The translations under genes and the position numbers were made by a program. A stretch of 64,000 nt of DNA from Pelagomonas calceolata (taxonomy: Eukaryota). Positions 60,529-64,000 of this stretch are shown one piece after another (the stretch's first letter is position 1; the number at the start of each line of letters is the position of its first letter). The notes below the pieces were generated by a model. It did not search any database, had not been told where the DNA came from, and worked only from the letters and a program-made list of their open reading frames with translations. The DNA lies in contig CAKKNE010000002.1 in assembly GCA_918797485.1 (NCBI GenBank), forward strand, positions 2,046,001-2,110,000, in the 5' to 3' direction.

Positions 60529-61336
60529 TTATACTAAGGTTAAGCGCGGAGGATTGCGCGCCTGCCACGGGTGCCGCCGCCGGTCGCGCGCGTCGACGCC
60601 GAGCCCCGCGACATAAGCAGAGTAGTTCGCCGGGCACTCCGCGGGGTCGCGCCGCCGCTTTCCTTCAAAGCACGCGCTCTCCACGACCATGGCGTACGAC
60701 CGGTCCCCGTACATTACGGAGAGGGGAAACGTCTGCTGCTCGCTGTGGTGAAAGATCTGCGGTAACAGTTTCGGCGACTGGTGGAGGCCCGGCCGACATT
60801 GGGCGCCGCCCGTGTTCGAGAAGCGCCAGCCCGGGCACCGCGCGTCGATCGCCTCGCAGGTCAGCGCCAGCGGCGCCGGTACTTTATGTAACTTCGCATG
60901 CCGAGCCATGCGGTACGTGAACCGTGCGTATAATTCGCCCTCGTAATCGATACATCCCTCCCGGCCCGCCATGGATAGTATCGTGTGCCAGAGCGAGTAC
61001 TGGTCCTTGAACCTGCGTTCGGCGTGCCACGTCGACGGCGTCGACGCGATCACCCTTGTATTTCCACGCGACAACGCACGTGCACCTATGTCTGAACCAC
61101 GCCGCGAAGAAGTCGCGGCCCCGGCTCGTATCGCGCACGTAGAAGCGGCTGCCGTGGACCTTCCACCGGAGCACATCCATGATCCCGAAGCTCACGTCGC
61201 TCAAGTTGGCCCGGTGCTCCGCGAGCAGGTCCTGTGGAATCGTCCAGGGGTGCTCCACCACGGCATCCAGATCGACGTAATACAAGCCCGTCACACCGGG
61301 CGCGGCCAGGGTCGCTAGGGTCGCGGGCATTTTTAC
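60529..61336 (-). CDS. GT34/nucleotide-diphospho-sugar-transferase-like exons (61336-61080, 61012-60529), probably the 3' part of the upstream glycosyltransferase gene
   Basis: Acceptor TTGATTTCCACACAG|VKMPATL...LYYVDLDAVV; a 67-nt GT-AG intron (61079-61013) gives AWFRHRCT|FKDQYSLWHTIL. Confidence 0.6.
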
Positions 61337-61359
61337 CTGTGTGGAAATCAATCAGTATA

Positions 61360-61689
61360 GACACCCTCCGAGCAGCCTTCAACAACGATCTTCGTGGTCT
61401 ACAGCGCTTGGAAGAAGCCAAGTCATTGTTACTAAAAACGATGCCCGTGGCGCGACGCGTCCTCGGAAAGAATGATAGACTCACGCTCAAGATGAGGGCG
61501 TGTTACGGGCAGTCGCTCTACATGGACGCTGACGCCACGCTCGACGATCTCCGCGAGGCCTTGACGATTTTCGAGGAAATTGAACGGATCGCGCGGCGCG
61601 TGCTTGGTGGCGCGCACCCGCTCCTAGTATCAATAGAGCGCGACCTGAAAAGGTCGCGAGCGGCGCTCCGCGCCCGCGAGACGCCGTAG
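61360..61689 (+). pseudogene. 5'-truncated fragment of a TPR-like helical repeat family, antisense inside a putative intron
   Basis: DTLRAA...LQRLEEAKSLL.KTMPVARRVLG....LTLKMR..Y..SLY.DADATLDDLREA...EEIERIARRVLGGAHP...RAALRARETP*. I recall this C-terminus from a highly expanded pelagophyte family; no start codon. Confidence 0.65.
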
Positions 61690-61719
61690 TCGAGATACAA
61701 GCTCACCATATAACCTAAA

Positions 61720-64000
61720 TTACCCGTACCCGCCCGCCACAGCCCGGAACCGCGGCCGCGCCGCGCCCGGCGCCCGCGACGACCTAAATGAACAAGCCCC
61801 ACCCTTCCGCGGCGCCGTCTCGTTCAAAGCATCCACATCATCGTAGAACAGCGCGAGCGTCACATTGCCCGGCCGCGACGTGTCCGGCAGGCCCTTCGTG
61901 GCCACGTAGCGCCCGTAGGCATCGTCCAGCGCCCTCAAATCCACGACGACCAGGGGCCCCGCCATGCTCAGGGGCACGAAGTAGGGCTGCGAGCCCTTGC
62001 GCGACTGGCGCGTGTTCGCTTTCAGGTTCGCGAACGTCAAATCGGAGACCAACCACTGCTCGTTGAGTTTCGGGCAGTAGTAGACCCGCAGCGGGCACGC
62101 GGGGCCGTCCAACTCCGGTTCTAAGAGAGCGAGTCCATCGGAAGCGACCTGGGCGAGGTCCACTCGTCTTATTTTCAGAAAGACCGCCGCCACGGCCCTG
62201 AGATAATTCGTCTCCCGCGAATTGTAGGACTCCGTGTCGTCATCGGCCGCGAAGGCCGCCGCGGCGATGCCCGCCGCCTCGGCCGCCGTCGCCGCCGCCA
62301 TCGATTCCACGCGAGCTTTTTGCACGAACTTGTCGTAAGGGAGTTGTGGCCGTAACATGAACCGATCGAGGTACCGTTCCGAGTGCGTCTCGTTCGGGCT
62401 CCGCGCCCAGCTCCGTACCTTGAGCAGGTTGTAGGACGGCTCCGACGGGTATTGCGCGTCCACGGCGCCGTCCGCGAGGACGTCGATGATGCGTGCTGTC
62501 CGTTTCAACGCGAAGGAGCTCCGTGCCCGTTTTGTGGATGAGGGAAAGTCCCGCATCGTCCGCGGGAAGAGGACGGCGTCCGGTGCGGAAGCGATGCGCG
62601 CCGTTTTCAGCGACGCCGTCGGCAGGTCGCTCAGCCGCATCTGCAGTAAAGCCGCAAGCTCGCGCGGGCACCTATCTAGCGTGCGATGGTTCCGCGCGCC
62701 ATTGACGGCGTAGTCCGCCACGGGCACGTCGACGAAGCGCGGCGGGCCCAGGCCCGCGCGCGCCGCGACGAGCGAAAACGCGACGTCCGCGCAGCCCTCG
62801 ACGGCCTCAATATAAGCGTGGACTTGCGGCGGTAATAAACACCGGTACACGAACAACAACCACGCCGGCACGACCTGCAGGCGCCCCGACGCTAATGAGA
62901 AGGTAGAGTCCTCGCCGCCGTTCAGTCCGACCTCGAGACCGTCGTGCGACATAACTAGGGGCGAGGCAATGCCGTTGCCCTCTCGAGCCGCGGCCAGGAG
63001 CGCGTTGAGGGACGACGCCGCCACGACGACGTCGTCGTCGGCGATGAGGACGTGCGACGTCGGGACCTCGAACAGGGCATACCGCCGCGACGGCGCCGCG
63101 AGGGGCCGCCAGAGCGTCGTGACGGCGACGTCGTCTCCTCGCACACTCTGGACGACGCGCCGCGGCGCCGGGTCCGCGAGCGGCGGGCTTGAAGAGTGCC
63201 ACGCGATCACAATTCGTTGTACAATTGTAGCGTTCGCGTAGTGCGCCACGAGCCGCTCCAGAGGTATTTTTGAGCCATCAATAGTATTCAGGACCACGGT
63301 CAATCTATGGGAGATGCGGTCGTGGCCTCTGGTGGCGAAGTGGGCCTGGACGTTTTCACAGGTTCTAGGTCTACATAACGCCAGCGTCGAATTCTGGCAG
63401 AGGGCCACGCCGCACCTTTGGCCTTGAGATGGGAGATGGGCCGCATATCCGACACATCCCAAATGGGCGGCGGCCTCGTCGGCACTGCGCCACCACCGCA
63501 ACCATATTACTGGTGCGTAGCTCCCCACAAAATCTTTGAATGAGGACACCCACCAGGGCTTCGCGCCGCCGCCGAAATGAACTGAAGCGAGGCCGTCTTT
63601 TGGCGGCGCGCCCATGCGCGGGTCCTTCGCCTCGAGCTCCCAGCGCCGTTCTAGACCTTGTACGAGTTTCGCGCCCGCGGGATCATTTAGATGAGACGGC
63701 GCCAGGGCGTACTTCGCATCTAACGAGAGCCAGCCTTCCGTCTCGGTATCAAACCGCGCGTCTTCCGAACGCTCGTCCAGATGGCCTTCCAGGACTTGCG
63801 CTGCACCTACATCATCAAATTGCGCCTCGCTCCTTGTGATAAGATTCTCCATCATGTCGATAGAGGGCTTCAATACTAATAAAGATGAAGATAGACTTCG
63901 AGGGTAGGCGCCCGGCACCGCACCGAGCCGGTCTATTTTAAATAACGTATCGAGCGGCGCGACGACAAACGAGTCCGCGTCCAAATAAATGACACGATCA
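61720..64000 (-). CDS. Multidomain glycosyltransferase (GT8 plus GT64/EXTL-like); 5' end lies outside the window
   Basis: DRVIYLDADSFVV..LD.LF and VHFGGGAKPW (GT8); LTVVLNT...LVAHYA...VQRIVIAW, VLIADDDV, CADVAFS (GT64-like). Confidence 0.75.
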   Translation of the reverse strand, partial: DRVIYLDADSFVVAPLDTLFKIDRLGAVPGAYPRSLSSSLLVLKPSIDMMENLITRSEAQFDDVGAAQVLEGHLDERSEDARFDTETEGWLSLDAKYALAPSHLNDPAGAKLVQGLERRWELEAKDPRMGAPPKDGLASVHFGGGAKPWWVSSFKDFVGSYAPVIWLRWWRSADEAAAHLGCVGYAAHLPSQGQRCGVALCQNSTLALCRPRTCENVQAHFATRGHDRISHRLTVVLNTIDGSKIPLERLVAHYANATIVQRIVIAWHSSSPPLADPAPRRVVQSVRGDDVAVTTLWRPLAAPSRRYALFEVPTSHVLIADDDVVVAASSLNALLAAAREGNGIASPLVMSHDGLEVGLNGGEDSTFSLASGRLQVVPAWLLFVYRCLLPPQVHAYIEAVEGCADVAFSLVAARAGLGPPRFVDVPVADYAVNGARNHRTLDRCPRELAALLQMRLSDLPTASLKTARIASAPDAVLFPRTMRDFPSSTKRARSSFALKRTARIIDVLADGAVDAQYPSEPSYNLLKVRSWARSPNETHSERYLDRFMLRPQLPYDKFVQKARVESMAAATAAEAAGIAAAAFAADDDTESYNSRETNYLRAVAAVFLKIRRVDLAQVASDGLALLEPELDGPACPLRVYYCPKLNEQWLVSDLTFANLKANTRQSRKGSQPYFVPLSMAGPLVVVDLRALDDAYGRYVATKGLPDTSRPGNVTLALFYDDVDALNETAPRKGGACSFRSSRAPGAARPRFRAVAGGYG

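Overview
Gene-dense, GC-rich eukaryotic nuclear DNA, not prokaryotic. RAPTOR, eIF6, APC13, prefoldin 2, SBP2, bipartite plastid-targeting peptides, short introns and lineage-typical repeat families point to a stramenopile alga, most likely a pelagophyte such as Pelagomonas (inference). About 35 protein-coding genes or fragments are present, mostly as head-to-head and tail-to-tail pairs. I found no rRNA, tRNA or CRISPR. Main non-obvious signals: (1) a conserved bipartite element, CTAGTGTCTTACA-N(few)-CGCTAGC, in at least 17 upstream intergenic regions and in no convergent region; (2) a family of introner-like introns with terminal inverted repeats, one with a perfect 8-bp target-site duplication supplying the GT donor, one GC-AG, and one end abutting an antisense gene fragment; (3) an APC13 stop codon overlapping the start of a plastid-type MATE transporter (ATGA), suggesting a bicistronic locus; (4) unusual architectures: SBP2 with three RRM/UHM-like inserts, SAP x3 plus BUB1-type kinase, HAD plus actin-fragmin-kinase-like, GNAT-NUMOD1-PHD-Myb, and GT8-GT64-(GT34-like); (5) a 1.3-kb gene-free island with direct and inverted repeats. 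All family calls come from reading motifs by eye, without database searches.
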